DNA of 64,000 nt from Candidatus Multivoradales bacterium (GTDB lineage: Bacteria > Acidobacteriota > Thermoanaerobaculia > Multivoradales > JAHEKO01): NCBI GenBank assembly GCA_965223155.1, contig CBDCVR010000014.1, positions 1,056,001 to 1,120,000 of the forward strand. Direction: 5' to 3'. Below are positions 20,972 through 32,348 of the stretch, in pieces (positions within the stretch are counted from its first letter, which is position 1; every line of letters starts with the position of its first letter). Both the position numbers and the translations under genes were made by a program. Below the pieces are notes generated by a model. It did not search any database and was not told the origin of the DNA. It worked only from the letters and a program-made list of their open reading frames with translations.

Positions 20972-21922
20972 CTACAGCCTCCTCGCCGCGCGCAGTCGCG
21001 CGGACCGAGCACGTGGGTTGACGGCGACCTCGGCGTCGCTCGGACGAACCGGCTTCTTGGTCAGCACCTCGATGACGCGGGTCTCGGCGTGGGGACGGCC
21101 GGTCACCTCGTCGATCTTGCCGCGGGCCAAGCGGCGCAGGGAGTTCTTGACCAGGCGGTCTTCGAGCGAGTGATAGGAAATCACCACCAGCCGGCCACCG
21201 TCATCTTCCAGCAGTCGGGAGACCTCGTCCAGAAGTCCTTCCAACTGGCGCAGCTCCTGGTTGACCTCGATCCGCAACGCCTGGAAAACACGGGTCGCCG
21301 GATCCACCCTGCCCTCGCGAGATCCGGGCCGGACGTTCTTGGCGCGGTGCACGAGATCACGCAGCTCGCCCGTCGTCTGGATAGACCGGTCCCGGCGCGC
21401 CTCCACGACGGCACGCGCAATCCGGCGGCCTTGCCGCTCGTCGCCATACTTCCAAAACATCTCTCGCAACGCTTCCTCCGAATAGGTTGCAACGACCTCA
21501 GCCGCCGTCAAATCCCCGTCTCCCATCCGCATGTCCAGGGGGCCGTCCCGCCGGAAGCTGAAGCCCCGCTCGGCACGATCCAGCTGGAGCGATGAGACGC
21601 CCAGATCCGCCAGGATCCCGACCGCCCGCGTCCAGCCCTCGGCAGCCACCACCTCGCCCACCCGATCGAAGGTCGCTTCGACCAGGCGCACGCGCTCGCC
21701 AAACCGCGAGAGGCGCTCTCGCGCCAGCGCCAGCGCCTCTCGATCCCGGTCGATCCCCAAGAGATCGACACCCGGATTCCGGCTCAGAATCGCTTCCGCG
21801 TGACCGCCGAGCCCCACCGTGCAGTCCACGACCAGCCCCGTTCCCTCGAGGGCCAGAAAGTCCAGGACCTCTTCGACCAGAACGGGTACGTGCCGCACCG
21901 CACTCGATTCAATGAACTTCAA
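20972..21922 (-). CDS. rsmH: 16S rRNA m4C1402 methyltransferase
   Basis: HVPVL, DCTVGLGGH, DLGVSSLQLD, FQALRIEVN, NPRARSA; start TTG 21922 or GTG 21898. Confidence 0.96.
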   Translation of the reverse strand: MKFIESSAVRHVPVLVEEVLDFLALEGTGLVVDCTVGLGGHAEAILSRNPGVDLLGIDRDREALALARERLSRFGERVRLVEATFDRVGEVVAAEGWTRAVGILADLGVSSLQLDRAERGFSFRRDGPLDMRMGDGDLTAAEVVATYSEEALREMFWKYGDERQGRRIARAVVEARRDRSIQTTGELRDLVHRAKNVRPGSREGRVDPATRVFQALRIEVNQELRQLEGLLDEVSRLLEDDGGRLVVISYHSLEDRLVKNSLRRLARGKIDEVTGRPHAETRVIEVLTKKPVRPSDAEVAVNPRARSARLRAARRL

Positions 21923-21933
21923 GCGGACGGGAC

Positions 21934-22374
21934 CTAGATGTCCCGCTCGCTCAGATACTCGAAATCGTCGTCCGTGAACGGCTGATCGTCGAAGCGCTTG
22001 GTCAGCCGCTCGTGGTTCCATACCTCCAGATGATCGAGCCGGCCGCTGACGATGACCTCCCCCGCCATCGCCGCCCGATCACGCAGAATCTGCGGCACCA
22101 GGACGCGGCCCTGAGCATCCAGTTGGGCCTGCTGGCCGAAATACGATACCCGCTCCAGGTAGCGCCTCCTGGTCCGGTCGGTCGAGGGCAGCTTGGCCAG
22201 CCGTTCCTCGACGCCTTTCCAGACATCGAGTGGATAGACCAACGCCGCATCGCCCATCACGGAGGTAATGAAGACATCACGGCCATAGCGTTCCTCCAGC
22301 TCCCTCCGGAAGCCGGTCGGCACCTTGAGCCGGCCTTTGTCGTCGATTTTGGTTGGCGCACTACCCCGAAACAT
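21934..22374 (-). CDS. mraZ: Division/cell wall cluster repressor MraZ
   Basis: MFRG...IDDKGRLKVP and LDAQGRVLVP (two DxxGR repeats). Confidence 0.96.
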   Translation of the reverse strand: MFRGSAPTKIDDKGRLKVPTGFRRELEERYGRDVFITSVMGDAALVYPLDVWKGVEERLAKLPSTDRTRRRYLERVSYFGQQAQLDAQGRVLVPQILRDRAAMAGEVIVSGRLDHLEVWNHERLTKRFDDQPFTDDDFEYLSERDI

Positions 22375-22412
22375 GTCCGCAGACACCCTTTCCAGAGACT
22401 CGGGCGAGTCTA

Positions 22413-22446
22413 CCACTGAGGTCCACTTCTGTCCATTTTGGACCAC
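22413..22446 (-). promoter_or_regulatory. MraZ-binding direct repeats (four boxes, 10-bp period)
   Basis: Minus strand GTGG-N6-ATGG-N6-GTGG-N6-GTGG, 39-72 nt upstream of mraZ; matches the known MraZ box architecture. Confidence 0.85.
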
Positions 22447-22529
22447 GCTGGCCGGCACGTGGGCGAAATTTCGGCGCAAGTCCGAGCGAGGGTGCTCCGG
22501 CCGCTCGCCGACGGCGCTCTGCCGGCTAG

Positions 22530-23633
22530 CTAGCGGCCTTCGGTCGCGGACTCGGGGACCGAGGCGCCGGCCGGCCCGTCCAGGGGGTCATCCGAGCCAG
22601 CCGCTCCAGAAGCCCCGGTCAGGCCTTGGAAGCCCGCTGCCTCCGGAGGCGGATAAGCCAAGACGTAGGCCGCGGCCTCGAGATCGGCCATGTACCCGGC
22701 CAGTTTGTCCTGGAAACGCCGGTCGCGCTCCTGGAGCTCGATCTCTTCCTGGACGGCGGCGAACTCCTGGACCGCTGCTTCGCGCCGCTCGAGCACCTGC
22801 AAGAGGTGCAGGCCGCCGCGCGCCCGAGTCGGCTCGCTCACGCCCCCGGTTTCGAGCGCCGCAAGCGCCGCGGCCAGAGCCTCGTCCAGGTCCTCGACGG
22901 TGACCCAACCCAGCTCGATCCAACCCGTCGTCCGCCCGGCCGGCTGGTGCTCGGCCAGAAGCTCGGCCTCGGCGCCGTCCAGCATCGCTTGGCGCAGCCC
23001 ACCCGCGATCTCGGTCATCTCGGCCTCGGCCAGGCCGCCGCTGTCGAGAACTACGATCTCGCGCAGCCGGACCGCGCTGGGCTCGGCGAACTCCTCCAGG
23101 TGGGTGCCGTAGTAGCGGCGCAGGTCTTCCTCGGTGACCTCCACCTGGGAGTAGACCTCCTTGGCGAAGACCTCACGCATGCGCAGGTTCTTCTCGATCT
23201 GGTCGCGGAACGACTCGCGCGTCATGCCGACTTGGGCCAGGGCGCGCTCGTAGTCGGCGTCGCTGCTGATGCCGAAGTTTTCCTTCGAGCGCTCGACCGC
23301 ATCGGCCAGCTCGGACGGGGTCAGGCGGATGTCCAGCTGGTCCGCGCGCGACAGGACCAGCATCTCCTCATAGAGGTCACGCAGAGTGTCGACCGGCAAG
23401 CTCGCCCGCAGCCGCTCGGTCTCTTCTTGTGGCAGCTGGCGCCGGCGCAGCTCGTTGAGCCGATCGCGCTTTGCGACCTCGTAGTCGTAGAGGGTCGCGA
23501 TGCGGTCGTTGACTCGCAACACGATGCGGTTGGCTTCGGCGCGGGCCGGCGCGGGCGCGATCGCCGCAAGTGCCACGATCACGGTAGTCGCTGCGATCGC
23601 AGCGGGGAAGATGCAAAGCTGTCGCTGGCTCAT
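22530..23633 (-). CDS. SurA-like periplasmic chaperone / parvulin-type PPIase
   Basis: Signal peptide, NRIVLRVNDRIAT SurA N-domain, parvulin-like ELGWV...GGVSEP...GLHLLQV; ATG 23633. Confidence 0.85.
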   Translation of the reverse strand: MSQRQLCIFPAAIAATTVIVALAAIAPAPARAEANRIVLRVNDRIATLYDYEVAKRDRLNELRRRQLPQEETERLRASLPVDTLRDLYEEMLVLSRADQLDIRLTPSELADAVERSKENFGISSDADYERALAQVGMTRESFRDQIEKNLRMREVFAKEVYSQVEVTEEDLRRYYGTHLEEFAEPSAVRLREIVVLDSGGLAEAEMTEIAGGLRQAMLDGAEAELLAEHQPAGRTTGWIELGWVTVEDLDEALAAALAALETGGVSEPTRARGGLHLLQVLERREAAVQEFAAVQEEIELQERDRRFQDKLAGYMADLEAAAYVLAYPPPEAAGFQGLTGASGAAGSDDPLDGPAGASVPESATEGR

Positions 23634-23652
23634 AGCCTCTCTTGGATCCCTG

Positions 23653-24546
23653 CTAGCGTCGGTGACGGCCTTGGTAGTGGAACGGAAGGTTCCCGCCGTA
23701 GACGCGGACATTGTACCGCTCCACGGCCGTGCCGACGAGTCGAGTCCGCGCGTCGTTTCGAGCGCGCTCGGCCAGCTCACGCTCGATCTCCGCTCGCGCC
23801 TCGGCTAGCGGCACCTCCCGGCCCACCTCGAATCCTTCGACGAAGAAGATGTGAAAGCCGTAGTCCGCGGCCACGATGCTGCTGACCTGGCCTTCGTCCA
23901 GGGCGAAGATCCGTCTGGCGAGATCCGGCGGCAAGTCTTCGCGGCCGAGCCAGCCTTGGTCGCCGCCGTCCTGAGCTCGCGGCCCTTCGGAGTAGGTGCG
24001 CGCGATCTGATCGAAGGGATGGCCGCGGCGCAGCTCCCCAATCGCCTGCTCGGCTTTGCCCCGATCCTCGACCAGGATCTGGCGCAAGCGAACCCGCTCG
24101 GGGAGAACGAAACGGCTGGCGTGCGACCGGTAATAGGCCCGCACCTCGTCCTCGCTCGGCGTCGCGGTCTCCCGGGCGATGAGGCGACGCACCTCGGAGG
24201 ACCCCGCCTGCCGCGATCCGCCGCCTTCCCCTGCCTCGGATCCCCGCCCACCGGCCTGCCGCTCGCGGGCCAAGCGCTCGAGAAGAAGCTCGGCGATGAA
24301 CTGGTCGAAGAGGCCGGACAAGACCTTCGGATCGAGCGAGGGCGCGTCCGCAATGCCGTTCGCCGTCAAATAGGCGTCAAACTCCGAATAAGCAATGGCC
24401 TCGGCTTCGATCTCGAGGGCGACGTCCGGGCCGGGCGCTCCACGCGAGCAAGCCAGCGAGAGAGCGGCGGCAACCAATGCCACCGAGGCCAGAAAGAGCG
24501 CCGGCACCGCAAACTCGCGCCGGACTCGTCTACCCGCTCGCGCCAC
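23653..24546 (-). CDS. PrsA/PpiC-type peptidyl-prolyl isomerase, probable lipoprotein
   Basis: LSLAC lipobox; FDQIARTYSEG...DGGDQGW...GQVSSIV..DYGFHIF. Confidence 0.85.
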   Translation of the reverse strand: MARAGRRVRREFAVPALFLASVALVAAALSLACSRGAPGPDVALEIEAEAIAYSEFDAYLTANGIADAPSLDPKVLSGLFDQFIAELLLERLARERQAGGRGSEAGEGGGSRQAGSSEVRRLIARETATPSEDEVRAYYRSHASRFVLPERVRLRQILVEDRGKAEQAIGELRRGHPFDQIARTYSEGPRAQDGGDQGWLGREDLPPDLARRIFALDEGQVSSIVAADYGFHIFFVEGFEVGREVPLAEARAEIERELAERARNDARTRLVGTAVERYNVRVYGGNLPFHYQGRHRR

Positions 24547-27500
24547 CTTCGTCTCCCGTCACCGCGGTGAGCGTTTCCAACGCTCGGGCAACCAGCTGCT
24601 CGGTGGGCACATCGGCGCACGTTAGCACCCCGGTCGGACTGAACGAGGCTTCGGGATGCTCGCCTACGAACCGGATCAATTCCTCGGCGCGCACCGGCGT
24701 GTCCTGGCGGAAGCGAATCAGGAGATCGCCCGCGCGCGCCGAGATCGCCTGGACCTTGAGGCGCTCAGCCAGACCCTTGAGACCGGCCACCTCCAGGAGC
24801 CGAAAGACCTGTGCCGGGGGCTCGCCGAAACGGTCGCGCAACTCGGCGACGATCTCTTCCACCGGCCGCTCGGCCGCCGCGATCTGCCGGTAGAGCTCGA
24901 GCCTAAGGTTCTGCTGAGGCACGTAGTCGGTCGGAATGGTCCAGTCGATAGGCAGCTCGATCGCAGTCGAGACGTCCGAGCCGAGCGCTTTGCCCTGAAG
25001 CTCTTGCACCGTTTCCTCGAGCATCTTGAGATAGGTCTCGAGCCCCACCGCCGAGATGTGGCCGCTCTGCTCGGCGCCCAGCAAGTCGCCGGCGCCCCGG
25101 ATCTCGAGGTCGCGGGCGGCGACCCGGAAGCCGGCACCGAGCTCGGTGAACTCGCGAATCGCCTCTAGACGCTTGCGCGAGACCTCGGTCAGAACGCGGT
25201 CCTCGGGCGTCAAGAGATAACAGTAGCCCAGCCGCCGGCTGCGCCCTACGCGGCCGCGCAACTGGTAAAGCTGAGCCAGGCCGAAGCGGTCGGCCCGGTG
25301 CACGAGAATGGTGTTGACGTTGGGAATGTCGATGCCGTTTTCGATGATCGTCGTCGCCAGCAAGAGATCGTAGTCGCCGGCCTTGAACGCGTGCATCCGG
25401 CGCGCCAGCTCGCCTTCGGGCAATTGGCCGTGGCCCACGACCAACCGGGCGCGTGGAACGATCTCGCGCAGCTCCTCGGCCATCTCGGTGATCGTCTCGA
25501 CGCGATTGAAGACGTAGTAGATCTGACCGTTCCGATCCAGCTCGTACTCGATGGCTTCTCGGATGAGCTGTCTGCCGAACGGCACGATCGCCGTCTCGAC
25601 CGACATGCGATCACGGGGCGGGGTCTCGATCGTCGATAGATCCCGCACTCCGGCCAGGGAAAGCTGCAACGTCCTGGGTACCGGGGTGGCGGTCATCGCC
25701 AGCACGTGCACGTTCTTCTTGAGCTTGCGCAAGCGCTCTTTCTGGGCCACTCCAAAGCGCTGTTCTTCGTCGATGACGAGAAGACCGAGCCGCTCGAAGC
25801 TCAGATCCTGGTTGAGCAGCCGGTGGGTGCCGATCAGGATGTCGATCCGTCCGGTCGCGAGACGCTCGCGCACGTCGGCAATGCCGCGGCCGGAGCGGAA
25901 GCGGGAGACCATGTCCACCTCGACCGGGAAGCCCGCGAAGCGCCGGCGGAAGGTCTCGAGGTGTTGATCGGCCAGAATCGTCGTCGGCGCCAGCACCGCA
26001 ACTTGGTAGCCGCCGTCGACGGCCTTGAAGGCCGCGCGCATCGCGACCTCGGTCTTGCCGAAGCCGACATCGCCGCACAGCAACCGGTCCATCGGCCGCT
26101 CGCTCTCAAGGTCCCGCTTGACCGAGCCCGCAGCTTCGACTTGGTCGGGGGTGGGTTCATAGTCGAAGGCTGCTTCAAACTGACGCTGGAGGTCGGTGTC
26201 CGGACCCATGGGCGGGGCCTTGGCCACCTGGCGCTCGGCGTAGAGCTTGAGCAGGTCCCCGGCCATCCGGCGCATGCCCGCCCTGACGCGTTGCTTCTTG
26301 CGGCTCCAAGACGTCCCACCGAGCCGATCCAGCTTGGGCTGGACTCCTTCGAATCCCTGGTACCGCTGCAGCCGGTCGAGTCCCGAAGCCGGCAGCAGCA
26401 GCGTCTTGTCCGCGCCGTACGCGATCTCCAGGAGCTCCGCGACGGCACCCGCACCGGCGGGAGCGGCGGTACGTAGCGTCTCGGGGACCGGGTCGGCGGC
26501 AGCAGCGCCATCCAGGGTCCGCAATCCCACGAACTGGCCGATGCCGTGGTCGCGATGGACGACGAAGTCTCCGACCTTGAGATCGCGCAGGCCGGCAAAG
26601 AAGACCGAGCCGAGCCGGCGCCGGCGGGGCGCAACCCGTCGAAAGAGCTGATCCTCACCGACCAGTACGAGACCGATCGATTCCAGCCGGAAGCCCCGTG
26701 TCAGCTCGCCGCCGACGATCTCCACCGAAGCGCCCAGGCGGCCGTCCGCGGCCCGCTCCAGCGGGCGGCCCGGATGGCCGATTCCGTAGGACTCACAAAA
26801 GCTCTCCAGCCGGCCGTGGTGCCTTGGCGGAGCCACCAGCACCACGCGCTCGCCGCGCGCGCCGGCGGCCTCGACTTCGGTGCGAAACCGAGCGAGCTGG
26901 GTGTGGAAGACCTCGGTGCGCTGTGCCTTGAAGTTCACGGCTTCGGCGGGTGCCTCGGCTGCCAGAAGAAGGTCGGCCGCCGCGAGCTTCTCTTCCAAGA
27001 CCTCCGGAGGCTGCAGCAGGCGCTCCGGCGGCGGCGCCGGCAGGCCCCGCGCGAGCGAGCGCTCGAAGTCTGCGGCGGCCCGCTCTCGGTGGCCGGCAAG
27101 TTCGGTCCGGACTTCTTCCGGCTCGAAGACCACCAGCCACCCCACCGAGCCCGACCACGCAAAGAGATCCGCCGAGGGCCGGCCCGGCTCCTCCACCGCC
27201 GGCACCATCTCCTCCCAGCCCGGAAAGGCACGGCCCAGCTCGAGCAGCTCGACCCGCTCCCGTCCTTCCCGCGCCCAGCCTTCCGCGGGCTCCGTCGTCG
27301 CCAGCACTTCGGCCAGCTCCGCGGCCACTCCGGCCATCGCGTCCTCACCTAACGCCACCAGGTGAAGCGGCAAGATCCGCAGCTCGGTCAGAGGATCGTG
27401 CGAGCGTTGATCCGAGGGCTCGAAGGACCGCATCGACTCGACCTCGTCGCCGAAGAAGTCCACCCGCACCGGCAGCTCCCGTCCTGCCGGGAAAAGGTCC

Positions 27501-28054
27501 ACGAGGCCGCCACGCACGGCGAACCCACCCAGGTCGGTCACCAGATCGACGCGCTCGAAGCCCAAGAGCGTCAGCCGCCGGGCGAGCTCGTCCAGGCCGA
27601 GTTCGTCACCCGGAGCCAGGCGGAGGGCACGGCCACTCAGCTCTTCGGGATCGGGCAATCGGCGCACGAGGCCCGCCGAGGTCGCCACCAGAAGATCCAG
27701 GCGGCCACGATGGAAGCGATCCAGCGCGACGACCTCCTGGGCTCGCACCGAGAGCGGCGTGGGCGTCGCCTGGTAGGGCGAGAGCGAAGGCGCGGTGAAC
27801 GACTCGGCCTCGACCCCGGCCAACCGGGCGCCTTCGACCCAGGCGATGGCCGCCGACTCACGCGGCACCACCACCAGGGCGGGGCGGCCGCGGGCGCGGG
27901 CGAGCGCACCGAGGACCCAGCCGGCGGCCTCGGCGGACAGGCCGGTGGCCCACCGCCCTCCCTCGGCAAGCGCGCCAAAAGCGGGCGTCGCGCGCAATTT
28001 CTCGTCGTATCGAGTCCAGAGTGAGCTCATCGAAGGTTGCGTCTTTCGTCCCAT
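24530..28054 (-). CDS. mfd: Transcription-repair coupling factor
   Basis: VRGGLVDLFP, MDRLLCGDVGFGKTEVAMRAAF, DEEQRFGV, TATPVPRTL, QLRGRVGRS, TRCF C-terminus; start may be ATG 28030. Confidence 0.97.
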   Translation of the reverse strand: MGRKTQPSMSSLWTRYDEKLRATPAFGALAEGGRWATGLSAEAAGWVLGALARARGRPALVVVPRESAAIAWVEGARLAGVEAESFTAPSLSPYQATPTPLSVRAQEVVALDRFHRGRLDLLVATSAGLVRRLPDPEELSGRALRLAPGDELGLDELARRLTLLGFERVDLVTDLGGFAVRGGLVDLFPAGRELPVRVDFFGDEVESMRSFEPSDQRSHDPLTELRILPLHLVALGEDAMAGVAAELAEVLATTEPAEGWAREGRERVELLELGRAFPGWEEMVPAVEEPGRPSADLFAWSGSVGWLVVFEPEEVRTELAGHRERAAADFERSLARGLPAPPPERLLQPPEVLEEKLAAADLLLAAEAPAEAVNFKAQRTEVFHTQLARFRTEVEAAGARGERVVLVAPPRHHGRLESFCESYGIGHPGRPLERAADGRLGASVEIVGGELTRGFRLESIGLVLVGEDQLFRRVAPRRRRLGSVFFAGLRDLKVGDFVVHRDHGIGQFVGLRTLDGAAAADPVPETLRTAAPAGAGAVAELLEIAYGADKTLLLPASGLDRLQRYQGFEGVQPKLDRLGGTSWSRKKQRVRAGMRRMAGDLLKLYAERQVAKAPPMGPDTDLQRQFEAAFDYEPTPDQVEAAGSVKRDLESERPMDRLLCGDVGFGKTEVAMRAAFKAVDGGYQVAVLAPTTILADQHLETFRRRFAGFPVEVDMVSRFRSGRGIADVRERLATGRIDILIGTHRLLNQDLSFERLGLLVIDEEQRFGVAQKERLRKLKKNVHVLAMTATPVPRTLQLSLAGVRDLSTIETPPRDRMSVETAIVPFGRQLIREAIEYELDRNGQIYYVFNRVETITEMAEELREIVPRARLVVGHGQLPEGELARRMHAFKAGDYDLLLATTIIENGIDIPNVNTILVHRADRFGLAQLYQLRGRVGRSRRLGYCYLLTPEDRVLTEVSRKRLEAIREFTELGAGFRVAARDLEIRGAGDLLGAEQSGHISAVGLETYLKMLEETVQELQGKALGSDVSTAIELPIDWTIPTDYVPQQNLRLELYRQIAAAERPVEEIVAELRDRFGEPPAQVFRLLEVAGLKGLAERLKVQAISARAGDLLIRFRQDTPVRAEELIRFVGEHPEASFSPTGVLTCADVPTEQLVARALETLTAVTGDEGGASG

Positions 28055-28175
28055 CTGCCCCGAAGCGGGCTCCGAGCGGCACGGCGGGCGGCGTCCCGAG
28101 TCTAATTCCCGGACGGGGCCGTCACCACGCTGAATTCGATCCGGAGAGGCCGTCGCCGCACGGCTCGCTAGCGGA

Positions 28176-28184
28176 TGCTACGAT
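28176..28184 (+). promoter_or_regulatory. Putative extended -10 promoter (TGcTACGAT) for the antiporter gene
   Basis: TGnTAnnAT followed by an AAGGAG RBS and ATG 28211. Confidence 0.5.
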
Positions 28185-28210
28185 CGCGCTCGCACAAGGA
28201 GACCTGGCTG

Positions 28211-29584
28211 ATGAAACGAGCGATTCTGGCGCTGACCCTCCTCCTCGTCGTGGTGACGAGCTCGTCTTTTCCGAGCGCGGCCGCGAAGGCCCCGGCCGCC
28301 GGTGAGGCGGTCTCAACCGAGGCCTCGCACGGCGCCGAAGAAGGCGACCACGGCGGGCACCACAGTCCGGTGACACCGGTTCTGCTGGGTCTCGTGATTA
28401 TTCTCATCGCCGCCAAGCTGGGCGGCGAGATCGCCGAGCGCGTCCATCAGCCCGCGGTGCTGGGAGAGCTCATCGCCGGTGTGGTGATCGGCAATCTGGG
28501 GCTCTTCGGCTTCGGTGCTCTCGACTTCCTGGCCACCAACGAAGGCATCATGATCCTGGCCGAGCTGGGCGTCGTCCTGCTGCTGTTCGAGGTCGGCATG
28601 GAGTCGAACGTGAGCGAGATGCTCTCGGTCGGCGCCTCGAGCTTGATGGTCGCGCTTCTCGGCGTCGTCGCGCCCTTCTTTCTGGGCTGGGGGGTTTCCG
28701 CCTGGTTCCTGCCGCAGGAGGATCTGCTCGTCCATCTCTTCATCGGGGCCACCCTGTGCGCAACCAGCGTCGGCATCACGGCCCGGGTCCTGACCGATCT
28801 GGGCAAGATCCAGACGCGCGAGTCCAAGATCATCCTGGGCGCCGCGGTCATCGACGACGTCTTGGGCCTGGTGATTCTGGCTGTGGTCTCGGGCGTCATC
28901 TCGGCGGCCAACACCGGCGGCACGCTCGCGACCGGCGACATCCTGGCCATCATCCTCAAGGCGGCCGGCTTCCTGGTGGGCGCCATCCTCATCGGCTCCT
29001 GGCTCTCGCCGCGCATGTTCCGCCTGGCCAGCCGCCTGCGTATCCGCGGCATGCTCCTGACGTTGTCGCTGGTGTTTTGCTTCCTGCTGGCGTATCTGGC
29101 CAACGCCATCGAGCTGGCTCCGATCGTGGGCGCCTTTGCCGCCGGCCTGATTCTCGACCAGGTCCACTACCGAGACTTCCTGGACCGCGGCGATCACGAC
29201 TTGGAAGAGCTGATCCACCCGATCACGGTGTTTCTTGTGCCGGTCTTCTTCGTCCTGATGGGCATCAAGGTCGATCTCTCGACCTTCGGCCGCGTCGAGG
29301 TCCTGGGCTTCGCCGCGGTGCTCTCGATCGCGGCCATCATCGGCAAGATGCTGTGCGCGCTGGGCGTCCTGGAGAAGGAGCTGGACCGCATCTCGGTGGC
29401 CGTGGGCATGGTGCCGCGAGGCGAGGTCGGCCTCATCTTCGCGGGCATTGGCGCCTCGCTCGTGCTGCGCGGTCAGCCGGTGATCTCGGTGCCGGTCTTC
29501 TCGGCGGTGGTCATCATGGTGATCGTGACCACGCTGATCACGCCGCCGGTCCTCAAGATCACGCTGAACCGCGGCGACGGCTAG
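28211..29584 (+). CDS. CPA2-family cation:proton antiporter (NapA/KefB-like)
   Basis: Polytopic; QPAVLGELIAG, ATSVGIT, GAAVIDDV, GMVPRGEVGLI. Confidence 0.93.
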   Translation: MKRAILALTLLLVVVTSSSFPSAAAKAPAAGEAVSTEASHGAEEGDHGGHHSPVTPVLLGLVIILIAAKLGGEIAERVHQPAVLGELIAGVVIGNLGLFGFGALDFLATNEGIMILAELGVVLLLFEVGMESNVSEMLSVGASSLMVALLGVVAPFFLGWGVSAWFLPQEDLLVHLFIGATLCATSVGITARVLTDLGKIQTRESKIILGAAVIDDVLGLVILAVVSGVISAANTGGTLATGDILAIILKAAGFLVGAILIGSWLSPRMFRLASRLRIRGMLLTLSLVFCFLLAYLANAIELAPIVGAFAAGLILDQVHYRDFLDRGDHDLEELIHPITVFLVPVFFVLMGIKVDLSTFGRVEVLGFAAVLSIAAIIGKMLCALGVLEKELDRISVAVGMVPRGEVGLIFAGIGASLVLRGQPVISVPVFSAVVIMVIVTTLITPPVLKITLNRGDG

Positions 29585-29608
29585 GCCCTACTGCCGGTCG
29601 GAGCTGCC

Positions 29609-31338
<1,730 letters not shown>

Positions 31339-31388
31339 TCACCGGATGGTGGCGAGCTGCCCGCCCGCCGGCCCGGCCCCAGCCCCGA

Positions 31389-31397
31389 AGAATAGCA
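31389..31397 (-). promoter_or_regulatory. Putative extended -10 promoter (TGcTATTCT) for eno
   Basis: Motif on the minus strand about 60 nt upstream of the eno start. Confidence 0.4.
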
Positions 31398-31489
31398 CCC
31401 GGCCAGGGTCCTTCGAGGCGGGTCGGAGGAGGCTTCGCGGGCCGCGGGTTCGGCGTCACTGGACCCCGGTGGGGCTGGGCTGGCTCCAG

Positions 31490-31518
31490 TTGACACGTCC
31501 AGGACCTTGTGGCACTCT
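31490..31518 (+). promoter_or_regulatory. Putative sigma-70 promoter for the tRNA
   Basis: TTGACA (31490-31495), 17-nt spacer ending TGG, then CACTCT. Confidence 0.55.
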
Positions 31519-31564
31519 CTCGGACCCGGTTTTCGGGGCGGTTCGCCAAGGCGGACCGCGGTGG

Positions 31565-31642
<78 letters not shown>

Positions 31643-31651
31643 GTCAGACAT

Positions 31652-31682
31652 CGAGCCGTCTTCGGACGGCTCGTTTTCTTTT
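31652..31682 (+). terminator. Rho-independent terminator after the tRNA
   Basis: CGAGCCGTC-TTCG-GACGGCTCG stem-loop followed by TTTTCTTTT. Confidence 0.9.
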
Positions 31683-31704
31683 GGGTCCAGGATAAGATCG
31701 TGCC

Positions 31705-32310
31705 GTGCCGGAGTCGTACCCAGAGAACCTGACCACCCCCGTGCTGCTCATGGCCACGCCGCAGGTGCAGGATCCGTTCTTCGAGCGGGCGGTCGTGCTG
31801 CTTCTGCATCACGACGAGGACGGCAGCTTCGGGTTCAACCTGAACCGGCCGACGACCGTGTCCATCTCCGAGATCTTGACCGATCTGGAGATCGATTGGC
31901 AGGGCGATCCCACGACCTGCGCCTACCTGGGCGGACCGGTACAGCCGCAGCTCGGAACCGTTCTATTCGGCGAGCCCGGCACGCCGATCATCGTTTCCGA
32001 CAAGCACAGCGAAACCATGCCCCAGATCCTCCCGGGTCTGCGCATGACCCAGCACATCGGCGACCTCCAGCGCCTGGCCAAGGACCCGCCGAGCGGCTTT
32101 CGCATGTATCTGGGCTACGCCGGCTGGGCCGCGGGGCAGCTGATGACCGAGATCATGCGCAACGACTGGATCGTGGGACCGGTGCTGGACGAATTGCTGT
32201 TCACGGAAGATCCCGACACCTCGTGGGGCAAGGCCCTAGTCGGCGCCGGCGTGGATCCGGATGCGCTCCCCTCCTGGACCCCGGACGACGTCGAGGCCGG
32301 GATCAACTAG
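31705..32310 (+). CDS. YqgE/AlgH family protein (UPF0301)
   Basis: LLMATPQVQDPFFERAVVLL, GGPVQP, LGYAGWAAGQL. Confidence 0.92.
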   Translation: MPESYPENLTTPVLLMATPQVQDPFFERAVVLLLHHDEDGSFGFNLNRPTTVSISEILTDLEIDWQGDPTTCAYLGGPVQPQLGTVLFGEPGTPIIVSDKHSETMPQILPGLRMTQHIGDLQRLAKDPPSGFRMYLGYAGWAAGQLMTEIMRNDWIVGPVLDELLFTEDPDTSWGKALVGAGVDPDALPSWTPDDVEAGIN

Positions 32311-32348
32311 GTCCCAGGCGCTTCCCGACTCCGACTTCGACTCGACCG

